64,000 nucleotides of DNA from Candidatus Saccharimonadales bacterium (GTDB lineage: Bacteria > Patescibacteriota > Saccharimonadia > Saccharimonadales > 2-12-FULL-41-12): the NCBI GenBank assembly GCA_025451045.1, contig JANWLD010000001.1:5812-69811 (forward strand). Reading direction: 5' to 3'. This document shows, piece by piece, positions 48,425 to 59,349 of this stretch (the stretch's first letter is position 1; every line of letters begins with the position of its first letter). The notes below the pieces were generated by a model that made no database searches, was not told where the DNA came from, and was given only the letters and a program-made list of their open reading frames with translations. The position numbers and the translations under genes are program-made.

Positions 48425-51043
48425 TTAAAGCTCTCCCCAATTCTTACCGATAGCAGTGTCTACAGTTAGTTTGATCGGCAATTTATAGACATTTTCCATG
48501 ATATCTTTTAGCTCATGAGCCAGTTTGTCGGCTTGGTTTTGGGGTGTTTCAACCAATATGGAGTCATGGATTTGCAGGAGCATTTCGCTGTCTTTGTATT
48601 TTTCCAAGTGATCTTGAGCTTTGACCATAGCTAGTTTCATGATATCCGCGCAGGTGCCTTGCAGGGGCATGTTTATTGCCGCGCGCTCAGCCGCGGCTCG
48701 AACGGCAAAATTGGAGGATTTGATATCAGGCGTCGGGCGGCGGCGGCCGAATAGCGTTTCAACGTAACCTTGAGCATTAGCCTGCTTCTTAATCTTGTTC
48801 ATGTAGTCCAAAATCGGGGCTCTTAACTCAAAATATTTGTCGATAAACTCTTTAGCGGCTGCAAACGTCATACCGGTTGCTACGGAAAGGCCATGCGGAC
48901 TCATTCCATATAAAATCCCAAAATTAATGACCTTGGCATCGCGGCGCATGTTTTTGGTTACATCCTCCGGTTCGCGGCCATAAACTTGTGAAGCCGTTGC
49001 CGTGTGCACATCCACATCACGGTTAAACATATCAATCAGTTCTTTGTCTTTGGCCAGAAGTGCCGCCATTCGCAGCTCGAACTGACTGTAGTCGGCACTA
49101 ATTAGCGCCTTGCCCGGGTCAGTTACAAAAGCCGTTCGGATTTTGCGGCCCAAATCCGTGCGTACAGGAATATTTTGCAAATTGGGATCACTGCTGGAAA
49201 GTCGCCCAGTCGGCGCTGTTGTTAGGCTGAAAGTTGTATGCAGGCGGCTGTTTTCATCGACCATCTCCGGCAAGGGTTCGACATATGTGTTCATCAGTTT
49301 GGTAACTTCGCGGTATTTGGTTATCAAATCGATTATCGGATGCGCGCTGCGTAGTTTGTCCAACTCGTTGGCGGCTGTCGAATAAGTCGTCTTGCCCTTT
49401 TTGATGCCCTCGGTCGGGAGATTCAATTTATGGAACAAAATATCCGAAAGCTGGGCCGGGCTGGAAATATTGAACTCCTGATTGGCATGTCCGTAAATCT
49501 GTTGCTCTATATCGCTGATGGTGTCTTTGAGCTGTTCGGCGAATTTACGCAGATAATCAACATCCAGCGTGATGCCGATATATTCCATCTCGGCTAATAC
49601 CGGGATTATCGGCCATTCGATTTTTTTAGCGAAACCGGCAATCTTCTGTAAATCTTTGAAGTCTTTTTGCTGATGCTCATATAGTTTGCGAATAACAGAG
49701 ATTTCTTCGTTATTCGTGCCATCCATTCCCTGCAAATGTACGTCCAGCTCAGTTTCGGCTAACTCGCTAAGGCTTTGCTCGCGGCGCAAAGGGTTTATCA
49801 AAAATGCCCCAATGAGCGTGTCATGCTTTATCTTTTTCGGATGAATTCCTAAGGTTCTGAGTATCTGAAGTGTCGCCTTCAGGTTATGGCCGACCAAGTC
49901 CGCGCTTTCGATGTAACTTCCCAGCTTTTTTTGCACGCTTTGCGCGCTTAATGCCGTCAAGTTCAAAGTATATGATTGCTTTTCACCGGGTGAAATCGTC
50001 AGGGCCAGCGGCTCTTTGCCATGCGGTTTCTCGCTGACACCGTAGGCTATCAACTCACTCGTCTTAGGCAGAGTCAAAGCCTCCAGCTCCTGCTCGGTAG
50101 TAATTTGGTTCGCATCGGGCAGTGTGACTTGCTTTGATTTTTTCACCTCCTGCTTTTCGGGTAAATGCATATACTCCGGCAGCTGGCGGGCCAGCGTGCG
50201 GAATTCCAGTTTCTGCAACACTTCCTGTACTTTTTTAGGGTCGCATTTGCTACCGTCAACTTCAGCCAAGTTCAATTTAATCGGCGCGTCCGTCCAGATA
50301 GCCGCCAGCTTTTTACTCAAATAAGACGACTCTTTGCCAATCTCCAGTTTTTTGGCCAGTGTATCTTTAAGCAGGCCGATATTTTCATAAACTCCGTCGA
50401 GTGTTTTATGGTCATTCAACAGCTGTTTAGCTGCCACCGGACCAACGCCCGGCACACCCGGAATATTATCGGAACTGTCGCCAACCAGTGCTTTATAATC
50501 CAAAAATTGTTCGACTTTTATGCCATATTTGGTTTCAAAAGTTTCCGGGCTATAAAGATGTATCTCACTAAAGCCTCTCTTTAGCGCGTAGACTTTGGTG
50601 TGATCATTGACTACCTGCAATAAATCTAAATCAGAGGTAATAAGCAGACTGTTTATGCCCTTTTTGCCTGCCTGTGCCGCCAAAGTGCCCATTATGTCAT
50701 CGGCTTCGTAATCATCAAGCTCATAAAGCGGCCAGCCGAAAGCCTCCAGCAGCTCGTGAAGCAGTGGAACCTGCTCATAAAAGTCAGCCGGCGCGGGTTT
50801 GCGCCCGGCTTTGTATGCCGGATAGAGTTCAAGCCTTTTTCGAATATTGGTTTTTGGCTTATCCCAAGCCACGCATACATAATCAGGATCTAAGCGTTTG
50901 ATGACTTCCAGTGCCATGGCCGCGAAACCATAAACTCCTCCGGTCGGCGTACCATCGTTCGTCGAAAGGTTCGGCATCGCGTAATAACCACGGTAAAAAA
51001 CACTCTTCCCATCAATAATCGCGAATTTCTTGGCCTCCGCCAT
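48425..51043 (-). CDS. polA: DNA polymerase I
   Basis: 5'-3' exo (YEADD, GDSSDNIPGV), DYSQFELR, AKVINFGILYG, QIHDS. Confidence 0.97.
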   Translation of the reverse strand: MAEAKKFAIIDGKSVFYRGYYAMPNLSTNDGTPTGGVYGFAAMALEVIKRLDPDYVCVAWDKPKTNIRKRLELYPAYKAGRKPAPADFYEQVPLLHELLEAFGWPLYELDDYEADDIMGTLAAQAGKKGINSLLITSDLDLLQVVNDHTKVYALKRGFSEIHLYSPETFETKYGIKVEQFLDYKALVGDSSDNIPGVPGVGPVAAKQLLNDHKTLDGVYENIGLLKDTLAKKLEIGKESSYLSKKLAAIWTDAPIKLNLAEVDGSKCDPKKVQEVLQKLEFRTLARQLPEYMHLPEKQEVKKSKQVTLPDANQITTEQELEALTLPKTSELIAYGVSEKPHGKEPLALTISPGEKQSYTLNLTALSAQSVQKKLGSYIESADLVGHNLKATLQILRTLGIHPKKIKHDTLIGAFLINPLRREQSLSELAETELDVHLQGMDGTNNEEISVIRKLYEHQQKDFKDLQKIAGFAKKIEWPIIPVLAEMEYIGITLDVDYLRKFAEQLKDTISDIEQQIYGHANQEFNISSPAQLSDILFHKLNLPTEGIKKGKTTYSTAANELDKLRSAHPIIDLITKYREVTKLMNTYVEPLPEMVDENSRLHTTFSLTTAPTGRLSSSDPNLQNIPVRTDLGRKIRTAFVTDPGKALISADYSQFELRMAALLAKDKELIDMFNRDVDVHTATASQVYGREPEDVTKNMRRDAKVINFGILYGMSPHGLSVATGMTFAAAKEFIDKYFELRAPILDYMNKIKKQANAQGYVETLFGRRRPTPDIKSSNFAVRAAAERAAINMPLQGTCADIMKLAMVKAQDHLEKYKDSEMLLQIHDSILVETPQNQADKLAHELKDIMENVYKLPIKLTVDTAIGKNWGEL

Positions 51044-51071
51044 AAGGCTAATTATACAGGGGTTTTAAGAT

Positions 51072-52013
51072 TTAAGCAGTTGCGGCTTCGTGTAGTAATT
51101 TTGCCGTCAACACAGCTTGGCGCAAACCCGTATATGGATTCTGAAAGTTGGTTGAATCTGCTTTTTGTTCTTCTGTTTTGGCAATCGGGAAACTATCTGT
51201 TCGTATAAATACATCGGGGGCCTCTTCTGAATCGAATTTTGGACTCACATTTGCCTTTATTGCTTGTCTGAACTGAACAGCTAATTGAATTCCGGCGTTG
51301 GCCACCCGTGCGAAAGTTACCGGTATATCTGGTTCAAATAGTTTTTCATAACTTACTTCGTGATCTTCTTCGCTTAATTTAATGCTACGGCTAAAACTAT
51401 CTGCAAGTTTTTCACCGCTATCAGTGTCATAAGAGGTCAAAATTGCTTGAGCTCCGGCTTCGTTTAAAACAGGCAGTACATATCTTGTAGCAAATTCGCT
51501 TTCAGTAGGATATCTGCCATGTTCTACATAAAATTTTTCAACGTTCAGATTAACTTGTTCTGATTTAATTTTGCCCATGACTCTATTACCGGTAACCACA
51601 CGAACCTCCGGCCCAAGGGTGCCTTCGCCGATAGCTTCAGCTACAAGTTTAGTTGTTCGGTCCTGCCAGTTGGCGACCGCGCCGGTTATGACCGTAAATG
51701 CAGGGCCCGGGCCCAAATCACCTATTTTCAAATCCGGCGTCCACAGGCTTCTATCCAAAGGTTTTTGTACGCCGGATCTATCAAGCAAATCAGCTGCTGT
51801 TTCAAGGTCTATAGCATCAACTTCTTCGTTAGCCCCAAGAACTTTATTCTTGCCTAGAACACCTACTAACTTATACATTTCCTGAGGGTCAGGAGCATTA
51901 TCAAGCTCGAAGTTCAACCGTTCGGCAATTTCAGGTATAAGACCGCCGGCCAGCTCATAGACGTTGTCGCCTAGCTCAAAAGTACTAAAGTCTCTCTCTG
52001 CAACTTCACTCAT
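51072..52013 (-). CDS. Hypothetical protein
   Basis: 313-aa ORF with TATAAT 9 nt upstream. Confidence 0.7.
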   Translation of the reverse strand: MSEVAERDFSTFELGDNVYELAGGLIPEIAERLNFELDNAPDPQEMYKLVGVLGKNKVLGANEEVDAIDLETAADLLDRSGVQKPLDRSLWTPDLKIGDLGPGPAFTVITGAVANWQDRTTKLVAEAIGEGTLGPEVRVVTGNRVMGKIKSEQVNLNVEKFYVEHGRYPTESEFATRYVLPVLNEAGAQAILTSYDTDSGEKLADSFSRSIKLSEEDHEVSYEKLFEPDIPVTFARVANAGIQLAVQFRQAIKANVSPKFDSEEAPDVFIRTDSFPIAKTEEQKADSTNFQNPYTGLRQAVLTAKLLHEAATA

Positions 52014-52061
52014 TTAAGTAAATTATACCTGCGAAGTCCAAACCATAAAATTGCTTATGCT

Positions 52062-52631
52062 TTATAAGTACTGCCTAAGGTCTTGTTCGATAGTCAATTT
52101 AAGTTTTTCTTTATCGTTGGAATTGTTTTCGATAAACTCGTCGCATAACTTTTTTACCTCGCCCACTGCCAAAGTTGCTTCATCACCGTACACATTCATT
52201 TCATCCTGTTCTTCGCGCAAGAATTCCTCGTAAGTTTTGCTGTCTTCTGCGCTTCGGTTGCGACTGGTTATTCTCTTATACCTAATTTCCGGCTCAGCAT
52301 CTACCCAGACCATCACTCCGCCAAGCCGATGTATTTGTTCAACTTCGCCAATATTGCGAATGCTTGAAATAACAAGGCCTTTGTATTTTTGTGCTTCTGA
52401 ATTGAAAATCTCAATTGCTTTATCAACCAATACGGCCAATCCGAATTCGCGCCGCCATTGGTCGCCAAGCTCACGCATGTTTTCACGTTTTATCGGTTTG
52501 TTTCGTTTTTTTAGCTCATCGCGCAGGATATCAGTAACTGAAACGAACAAGTATCCCCAGTCTTCCTGCAAAATCTGGCCGACCGTATCTTTTCCGCTGC
52601 CGTTCGTCCCGGCAATCCCAATAATCTTCAT
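52062..52631 (-). CDS. P-loop nucleotide kinase (dephospho-CoA/dNMP kinase-like)
   Basis: IIGIAGTNGSGKDT, SIRNIGE, R..R..R.R lid. Confidence 0.8.
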   Translation of the reverse strand: MKIIGIAGTNGSGKDTVGQILQEDWGYLFVSVTDILRDELKKRNKPIKRENMRELGDQWRREFGLAVLVDKAIEIFNSEAQKYKGLVISSIRNIGEVEQIHRLGGVMVWVDAEPEIRYKRITSRNRSAEDSKTYEEFLREEQDEMNVYGDEATLAVGEVKKLCDEFIENNSNDKEKLKLTIEQDLRQYL

Positions 52632-52676
52632 CTGTTATATTCTAACAGTAATAGCTTTATTTGATGTAGTCGTGGA

Positions 52677-52776
52677 GTTTGCCCAGTAGTGAGCTTTCGT
52701 GGATATCTCCGCCAAGTGGCGGGGATACTTGGCTTTGCACTTGCAAAGCCGCACGAAAGTCTACTACTGGGTTTGC
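52677..52776. repeat. Structured palindromic element copy 2
   Basis: gtttgc-ccagtagt-gag-ctttcgtg..cacgaaag-t-ct-actactgg-gtttgc with two internal hairpins. Confidence 0.8.
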
Positions 52777-52780
52777 AGGC

Positions 52781-53875
52781 TTATTTTATATAGTCGTGGA
52801 GTTTTTTGGCATCTTTGTGTTTTCTGAGCTTGGCTAACGCTTTGGCTTCAATCTGTCTTATACGCTCGCGGGTAACTGAAAATTCCTGGCCGACTTCTTC
52901 CAGCGTATGGCTTTTGCCATCTTCCAACCCGAAACGCAGCTTCAAAATCTTCTGTTCGCGTTCGGTCAGGCCAGAAAGCATGTCTTTAACATGTTCTTTG
53001 AGCAAACTGCCGGTTGCTGACTCTTCGGGGCTGACGGTGTCCTCGTCCTCGATGAAATCACCCAGCACACTGTCTTCTTCATCATCGCGCACACTGGCAT
53101 CCAGCGAGTGGATATCCTGCTTAATCTTCATGATGTGCTCAACCTTGGCAACATCCATTTCCATCGCTGTAGCGATTTCTTCGTTGGTCGGTTCGCGGTT
53201 AAGTTCTTGGGTCAGTCGCCTCTGAGTCCTGAGCAGTTTATTAATCGTTTCAAACATATGCACCGGAATTCGGATTACCCTAGCCTGATCGGCAATTGCG
53301 CGGGTAATCGCCTGTCTAATCCACCAAGTCGCATAAGTAGAAAATTTAAATCCTTTGTCCGGGTCAAACTTCTCTACTGCGCGAAGTAATCCCGTATTGC
53401 CTTCTTGGATAAGGTCCAAAAGATCCAATCCGCGGCCAACGTAGCGCTTGGCGATACTGACAACTAAGCGCATATTGGCTTCGGCCATCTGGTCTTTTGC
53501 CCGCTTATCACCCGCGACAACTTTTTGAGCTAGGGCCAGTTCTTCATCGGGTTTAAGCAGCGGAATCTTACCGATTTCGCGAAGGTACAAACGAACCGAA
53601 TCATCAGCGATATCATCCATGTATACCTTGTCGTCAAGCTCTAACTCTTCGCCGTCATCACCGGTCCAGTCATCGCTCATACTAACCGCGCTGCCGGTAA
53701 CCTGTATGTTCAAATCCGCGAGTTCGGAATAAAGTGAATCCAAAATTTCGGCGTTTTCCGGAGTTTCCGGAATCTTCTCAAAGATGACGTCCTGGTCAAT
53801 CTTACGGTCTTTTTTAGCTTTTTTAAGTAGTTCCTTTTTAGCTTCTTCCAGCTGTTGCTTCTTGTCTTCCGTCAT
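52781..53875 (-). CDS. rpoD: Primary sigma factor
   Basis: [47 protein letters not shown]. Confidence 0.97.
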   Translation of the reverse strand: MTEDKKQQLEEAKKELLKKAKKDRKIDQDVIFEKIPETPENAEILDSLYSELADLNIQVTGSAVSMSDDWTGDDGEELELDDKVYMDDIADDSVRLYLREIGKIPLLKPDEELALAQKVVAGDKRAKDQMAEANMRLVVSIAKRYVGRGLDLLDLIQEGNTGLLRAVEKFDPDKGFKFSTYATWWIRQAITRAIADQARVIRIPVHMFETINKLLRTQRRLTQELNREPTNEEIATAMEMDVAKVEHIMKIKQDIHSLDASVRDDEEDSVLGDFIEDEDTVSPEESATGSLLKEHVKDMLSGLTEREQKILKLRFGLEDGKSHTLEEVGQEFSVTRERIRQIEAKALAKLRKHKDAKKLHDYIK

Positions 53876-53883
53876 ATAAATCC

Positions 53884-55641
53884 TTACGTTTCTTTTGTCT
53901 GATTAAGTAATTTGTCCAAATCACGAACACGGGCCAAAATTTGTTCATGTTTTGCTTCGTCGGTACTGGCAAGCAGCGCCGATAATTTCTTTTTTTGGTC
54001 TTTTACAAAATATTCAATGATTTTTGCTCTCAAGCGCGCCGCTTCGTATTGAAGCTCCAGCGTATCCACTTTGGCGTAAAGTTCTTCGAACTGTAATACC
54101 AATATTTTAACATAATCGCTGATGTTCTCCAACTTAGAGAGTTTATCCGTGTCGCTGTTGAAATCCGGGTTTGCCTTCAGAAAATCCAATATTTTTACCT
54201 GTTCTGGCTTAACTAGCATATGCTCTGACAAAATATCCAGATAATTGCGTACAGTTGGCACCATCAGGCTTAGGCATAGCAACCTGTCAATCACGCGGGC
54301 CTTATCATGCTCCTCTTTGGAAATAACGTTTGAGGCCATGCTGGGTTTTTTCAATCTCTGAACAAAGTTATCTTTGGTCCCGGCCAGCTTACTGCGAAAA
54401 GCCGCGGCATCAATCCCGGACATCTCTGACACCAGTTGGACATAATGGTCTTGTTCTACCGGATCTTCAATATCTTTTATTACCGCCGTTAATTTGCCGG
54501 TAAATTTCTTCTTTCCCTGCGCGGTTTTAATATCAAACTCATCTTTGTATACATTTATCAGCCAATCGACCGCGTATTCCGCGTCAGAAATCGCCTTTTC
54601 CCATAATTTCGGGTCTTTCTTTATTAGCTCGTCAGGGTCTTTGCCCTCCGGGATACTGATGATGCTCAAATCCACGCCGGCTTTTGAGGCTACCGGTATG
54701 GCCCGCTCTGCCGCTTCCAAGCCAGCCCTGTCCTGGTCAAATGCCAGTCGGACATTGGGCGAAAATCTCGACAGTGTTTTCAGTTGGTATTCGGTCATAG
54801 CCGTCCCGGCGCTGGCTACCACTTGCTTGTACCCAGCCTGATGCGACGCGATTACATCCAAATTGCCCTCGGCAACTACTCCATAATCTTTGTCACGAAT
54901 TGCCTGTTTGGCCAGATGAAGCCCATACAAGTGCCGGCTCTTGTCATACAGCGGCGTGCTAGGCGTGTTGATATATTTCGGCGCGTTATTGTCTTCAGCC
55001 AACAATCGCGCCGTAAAGCCTATCGGATTGCCCACAGAGTCGCATAGCGGCACCATGATTCGCCCGCGAAACATATCAAACGACCGGCCGCCCCGCTTGC
55101 TACTAAGACCAGCCAGCTTCAGTTCATTCTCGCTGTAGCCTTTTTTGCGCAGGAAATTGGTTAGCGCGCTGCCATTATCAGGACTGTAGCCTAGTTGAAA
55201 ATCAAGCATTGTCTGCTTGGAAAAACCGCGTTTCTTTCTAATATACTCCAGCGCTTCTGAGTTTTGGACTAAGTGTTTTTGGTAAAATTTGACCGCTGAG
55301 CTTATGGCTCCCTGGAGTTTTTGTTTATCCACTCCGGGCTTGCCTGATGAACCGCTTTTGAACTGTTCCAAGTCCACGCCGGCCTTGCGAGCCAGCAGTT
55401 CCAACGCGCCCCTGAAATCTAATCCTTCAACCTCTTGGATAAAAGTAAACATATCGCCGCCCCTGCTGGAAGAAAAATCATGCCATATCTGCTTCTCCGG
55501 ACTAACTATAAAACTCGGCGTTTTCTCATTAGTAAACGGACTTAGCCCCTTGAAGTTGCGGCCGGTGCGTTTTAACTTCACATATTCGCTGACTACGTCC
55601 TCGATACCCAGCCGGGCCTTTACCTCACTCACCGCATCCAT
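53884..55641 (-). CDS. dnaG: DNA primase
   Basis: [34 protein letters not shown]. Confidence 0.96.
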   Translation of the reverse strand: MDAVSEVKARLGIEDVVSEYVKLKRTGRNFKGLSPFTNEKTPSFIVSPEKQIWHDFSSSRGGDMFTFIQEVEGLDFRGALELLARKAGVDLEQFKSGSSGKPGVDKQKLQGAISSAVKFYQKHLVQNSEALEYIRKKRGFSKQTMLDFQLGYSPDNGSALTNFLRKKGYSENELKLAGLSSKRGGRSFDMFRGRIMVPLCDSVGNPIGFTARLLAEDNNAPKYINTPSTPLYDKSRHLYGLHLAKQAIRDKDYGVVAEGNLDVIASHQAGYKQVVASAGTAMTEYQLKTLSRFSPNVRLAFDQDRAGLEAAERAIPVASKAGVDLSIISIPEGKDPDELIKKDPKLWEKAISDAEYAVDWLINVYKDEFDIKTAQGKKKFTGKLTAVIKDIEDPVEQDHYVQLVSEMSGIDAAAFRSKLAGTKDNFVQRLKKPSMASNVISKEEHDKARVIDRLLCLSLMVPTVRNYLDILSEHMLVKPEQVKILDFLKANPDFNSDTDKLSKLENISDYVKILVLQFEELYAKVDTLELQYEAARLRAKIIEYFVKDQKKKLSALLASTDEAKHEQILARVRDLDKLLNQTKET

Positions 55642-55647
55642 ACCTCT

Positions 55648-55675
55648 AAGGTTATAGGTTATAGGTTATAGGTTC
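55648..55675. repeat. 4x heptamer arm (TAGGTTA) just upstream of dnaG
   Basis: aaggtta taggtta taggtta taggttc. Confidence 0.85.
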
Positions 55676-55732
55676 AAGAATAAGAATTAACGAGTTTCAC
55701 TTAGGCTGTACGCTTATGGTTTAATTAAAACC

Positions 55733-56713
55733 ATGGTAAAAGCATCGGAATCAGCCAAGCATGCCTATACTTACATACCGCCTTCCGTACAAAAGTCGAT
55801 GACTGAACATATGGAAAGAAACATGCCGGGGCACCTCAAAAAGTACCAGCAAGGACAAGGCCACATACCGGAGCATGTTCAAAATACCATGGCCCAGCAT
55901 CTGAACAGGAATATGCCCGGGCACATGAAGCAATATGTAAACCCTTATTTGGACCAGCAAGTGGTAAATCCTCGTGCAGGCAATAGTGTATCACCGGTGG
56001 CATCTTCTCCTTCGCGACCGGCCGTGCACCCCGCCAAAGCCCGGAGTTCCACTCGTCAAGACGATAACTTATTCGCGCCGGATCATCCTGTTACCCAGCC
56101 GCAAGAGCCTAATTCAGCCGACCAGCTGCCTGAAGCGGACAACAATCCCTATGGTTTTATTATGAATCCCCAGAAACCGCCGCGCCGTTCGTTTTCTTTC
56201 GGCGGTGGAAACAATATGGTACAGAAAATCGCAGTTATAGGCGGCGGTTTGATAGCCTTGATAATAATTTTTTCGGTGGCGTCCAGTTTCTTAAATGGCG
56301 CCGACAATGCCCAGAAAGATAAACTAATCAGCCTGGCAAATGTTCAAGCGGAAATCATCCGAATGGTAGATACCGCCAGCGAAAATCTAAGTGACCAAAG
56401 CCTTTTATATAAAGCTTCGACGGTCAAAATAAGCGTAGAATCGTCGCAAAAAGAAGTTCTTTCCGCCCTCACCGACCGTGGCAAAAAAGTAAAAGACGAA
56501 GATATAGCCGTACAGAATCCGGCAAACGACGCGGCGTTGAGTGAAGGCCAACAAAACAGCCGCTATGATGAAGCCTACAGCCAGCTTTTAGACGAACAAC
56601 TAGCCGATTACCGCCAACAGTTACAAGCCGTCTATGACTCCGGCAATCCAAACGAACAGGAAATGGCCGTTTCAGCGAACGAACAGTTAAAACTTTTGGT
56701 TACTCAAAAGTAG
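55733..56713 (+). CDS. Membrane-anchored hypothetical with duplicated His/Met motif and helical C-domain
   Basis: Repeat MxxHxxRNMPGHxKxY, NPYGFIMNP, TM. Confidence 0.75.
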   Translation: MVKASESAKHAYTYIPPSVQKSMTEHMERNMPGHLKKYQQGQGHIPEHVQNTMAQHLNRNMPGHMKQYVNPYLDQQVVNPRAGNSVSPVASSPSRPAVHPAKARSSTRQDDNLFAPDHPVTQPQEPNSADQLPEADNNPYGFIMNPQKPPRRSFSFGGGNNMVQKIAVIGGGLIALIIIFSVASSFLNGADNAQKDKLISLANVQAEIIRMVDTASENLSDQSLLYKASTVKISVESSQKEVLSALTDRGKKVKDEDIAVQNPANDAALSEGQQNSRYDEAYSQLLDEQLADYRQQLQAVYDSGNPNEQEMAVSANEQLKLLVTQK

Positions 56714-57044
56714 GCACCGAACCTTCCACTTTAGCTACTAAATTATAACTGTGCAGAATAAGCCCTTTTATGTCCTCCCACGGCAACTGGCCGGATAGAA
56801 CAATCGTATTCCAATGTTTTTTGCTCAAATGGTACCCCGGCATCACAGTTTCGTATTTGTCGCGCAAAATCTCAGAAAGTTTAGGGTCGCATTTCAGGCT
56901 TATCCGGACAGGATTCGATTTTTCCGGAATTAGGGCAAACATTTTGTCGCCGGTTTTATACACCGCGACATCCTCGCCAAATGGATAATCAAGCCTCGCA
57001 TTCGGCATCGAAAGCACATATTGTTCAACGCTTTTATGATCCAT
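56700..57044 (-). CDS. MmcQ/YjbR-family protein
   Basis: YPFG, KMFA, SLKCDP, PGYHLSKKHWNT. Confidence 0.92.
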   Translation of the reverse strand: MDHKSVEQYVLSMPNARLDYPFGEDVAVYKTGDKMFALIPEKSNPVRISLKCDPKLSEILRDKYETVMPGYHLSKKHWNTIVLSGQLPWEDIKGLILHSYNLVAKVEGSVPTFE

Positions 57045-57095
57045 AGTCTTGGGATATTATATAGATAAATAGCAAATATATTAAACACAAGCTTG

Positions 57096-57124
57096 TTGAC
57101 AAAAAAGGTACTTTGTGCTAGACT
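57096..57124 (+). promoter_or_regulatory. Promoter TTGACA-N17-TAGACT
   Basis: Perfect -35, TG extension, 17-nt spacer. Confidence 0.7.
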
Positions 57125-57158
57125 TTAGCTCAGAAAGGTCAAAATAAAAAATACAAAA

Positions 57159-57650
57159 ATGACTAGGCCAATTCAACCAGAAAACGGAAACGGTATTACT
57201 CCGGCAAACGAACCAATGCTTGCGCCGGATGTAAATTCCGAAACAGATTACACCAGATACCTCCACGGAGAAGGCGTTGTCCCTGGCTCCGAAGCCGAAC
57301 GACATATACTGGCCGGGCGCCAGCTTCATATGGATGCCAAGGCACGGGAACAAGAATTTAAAACCGGATCAAATGTTGCGGTAGCAGATGCGCCTGTAGA
57401 TATTCCGGCGGAAGAAGAGTCGTTGCTGGGCAACAGTGGCGACAGGACAGAAGCCGGACGGATTCGCAGTGCCCGCAAGGATGAACTAGCCGCTTTACCG
57501 GAAGAAAAGTTGTTTATAAAGCCAGCAGAAGCCCGAGACTTAGGCTCAAGGGCTGTCCAAAGGGCCAAAGAAGCACCGGCGGGCTCGGAAATTACTGTTA
57601 GAAAAGTAGACAAAGACTCGTCTGTATTAGACTCTAATCCAATTTTTTAA
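57159..57650 (+). CDS. Hypothetical protein
   Basis: 163-aa ORF after a strong promoter and GAAAGG. Confidence 0.65.
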   Translation: MTRPIQPENGNGITPANEPMLAPDVNSETDYTRYLHGEGVVPGSEAERHILAGRQLHMDAKAREQEFKTGSNVAVADAPVDIPAEEESLLGNSGDRTEAGRIRSARKDELAALPEEKLFIKPAEARDLGSRAVQRAKEAPAGSEITVRKVDKDSSVLDSNPIF

Positions 57651-58182
57651 GCGCTTCGATGTAATATTGCAATTCGGCTATTGAGGCTTGGATGTCGTCA
57701 AATGCCCTATGTACTTCCTTTTTGGCAAAGTTGACACTATATTTGGATTGCATCAGGATTTTAAAACTGGTTACATCCAGCATCCGGTAATGCAGAAGGT
57801 TTTCGACTTCCGGCCAGTGAGATTTGATAAAAGCCCGGTCGTTATGGATTGAATTGCCGGCTAAAATAGCCGGCTCGCGGCCAAATTGGGCTTTGATAAA
57901 GCCGACCAGTTCGTGCACTATTTCCTTCTCGTCCCTGCCCTCGTTTTTTATCCGGTCAACCAAGCCGCTAGCTTTATGCTGGGCTTTGGACCAGTCGTTC
58001 ATATTTTCTAATGATTCATTGGATTGAGCGATTGTCGACTCGTAAGAAGCCAGTGTTTTAAAATCAAAATCAGTCACCTCGCAAGCGACTTCAATAATCT
58101 TATCTTTGGCCGAATCAAGGCCGGTCATTTCCAGATCAATCCAGAGCAGTTTGGTTGGCACCAGATGCTTATCTATTTTCAT
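57634..58182 (-). CDS. orn: Oligoribonuclease
   Basis: WIDLEMTGLD, LAGNSIHNDR, HYRMLDVTS, HRAFDDI. Confidence 0.95.
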   Translation of the reverse strand: MKIDKHLVPTKLLWIDLEMTGLDSAKDKIIEVACEVTDFDFKTLASYESTIAQSNESLENMNDWSKAQHKASGLVDRIKNEGRDEKEIVHELVGFIKAQFGREPAILAGNSIHNDRAFIKSHWPEVENLLHYRMLDVTSFKILMQSKYSVNFAKKEVHRAFDDIQASIAELQYYIEALKKLD

Positions 58183-58214
58183 TGGGTTTAATTATAACCT
58201 GCTATGATTTATTT

Positions 58215-58931
58215 ATGCACCGGAAACTTCTTGTTGCTTCGATATTGCTTATGCTACTCGGCGGTTATTTGATCTTTTTCCGGTCGGATAGCAAAGTAGC
58301 CGCGCCGCCGCCAAACGCAGCCAGTGGCAAAACCGGTTCTATAAAACTTGGCGGCGATGAAACCGGCAAATACACCATTGATAATCAAAACAGCGTTTAT
58401 TTCATCGTTAATAAACAACGCGGACTGGATAGTAGCTTTATACCAAAAAATCTGGCAGCCATAGGTGGCAACCAGTTGCGCTCGGATGCGGCTAACGCGA
58501 TGAGCCAGTTAATCACAGCGGCCAACGTAGACAATATAAACTTCAAGATTATCAGCGGTTACCGCTCATACAATGACCAAGCCGGGGTTTATGGCGCCTA
58601 CGTTAAAAAGGACGGGGTGGCCAAGGCCGACACCTACAGCGCCCGGCCGGGCCATAGTGAACACCAGCTTGGCCTGGCCACCGACCTAGGTACTGGTACT
58701 TGCGACCTGCAAACCTGTTTTGGCGATACCGCCGGCGGTAAATGGCTACTTAAAAATTCTGCTAAATACGGCTTTATAGTCCGCTACCAAAAGGGGAAAG
58801 AAAACCTGACCGGCTACCAATACGAGCCTTGGCACATCCGTTATCTTGGTATCGGCTTGGCGACAAAAGTACACAAATCCGGCTTGACCTTAGAGCAATT
58901 CTTCGGCCTGTCGCCAGCTATTTCTTACTAG
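58215..58931 (+). CDS. M15/VanY-type D,D-carboxypeptidase
   Basis: [28 protein letters not shown]; start MHRKLL. Confidence 0.92.
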   Translation: MHRKLLVASILLMLLGGYLIFFRSDSKVAAPPPNAASGKTGSIKLGGDETGKYTIDNQNSVYFIVNKQRGLDSSFIPKNLAAIGGNQLRSDAANAMSQLITAANVDNINFKIISGYRSYNDQAGVYGAYVKKDGVAKADTYSARPGHSEHQLGLATDLGTGTCDLQTCFGDTAGGKWLLKNSAKYGFIVRYQKGKENLTGYQYEPWHIRYLGIGLATKVHKSGLTLEQFFGLSPAISY

Positions 58932-59325
58932 ATTCTTTGGGATCAAAAGCCAGACAAGCAGAATTGATGCAGTAGCGTTTACCGGTTGTATTTTTCGGGC
59001 CGTCATCAAAGACATGGCCAAGATGGCTGCCGCAATTGGCGCAAGTTACCTCAACGCGCTGTATCCCCAACGAATCATCGTCGTGCAACTTTACGGCGTC
59101 GGATTTGGCTATATCATAAAAGCTCGGCCAGCCGGAACCTGACTCAAACTTGTGGTCACTGGAAAAAAGTTCCGCTCCGCAGGCCGCGCATTTGAACATG
59201 CCTGCTCGTTTTTCATTCAAAAGTTCGCCGGTAAATGGCGTTTCAGTCCCGGATTGGCGCAAAATCCGGTACTGCTCGGGAGTCAACCGTTTCTTCCATT
59301 CTTCTTCACTCAACTGCATCGCCAT
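58918..59325 (-). CDS. msrB: Peptide-methionine (R)-S-oxide reductase
   Basis: [29 protein letters not shown]. Confidence 0.96.
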   Translation of the reverse strand: MAMQLSEEEWKKRLTPEQYRILRQSGTETPFTGELLNEKRAGMFKCAACGAELFSSDHKFESGSGWPSFYDIAKSDAVKLHDDDSLGIQRVEVTCANCGSHLGHVFDDGPKNTTGKRYCINSACLAFDPKESSKK

Positions 59326-59349
59326 AACTTATATTATGACAGGTCTGCT

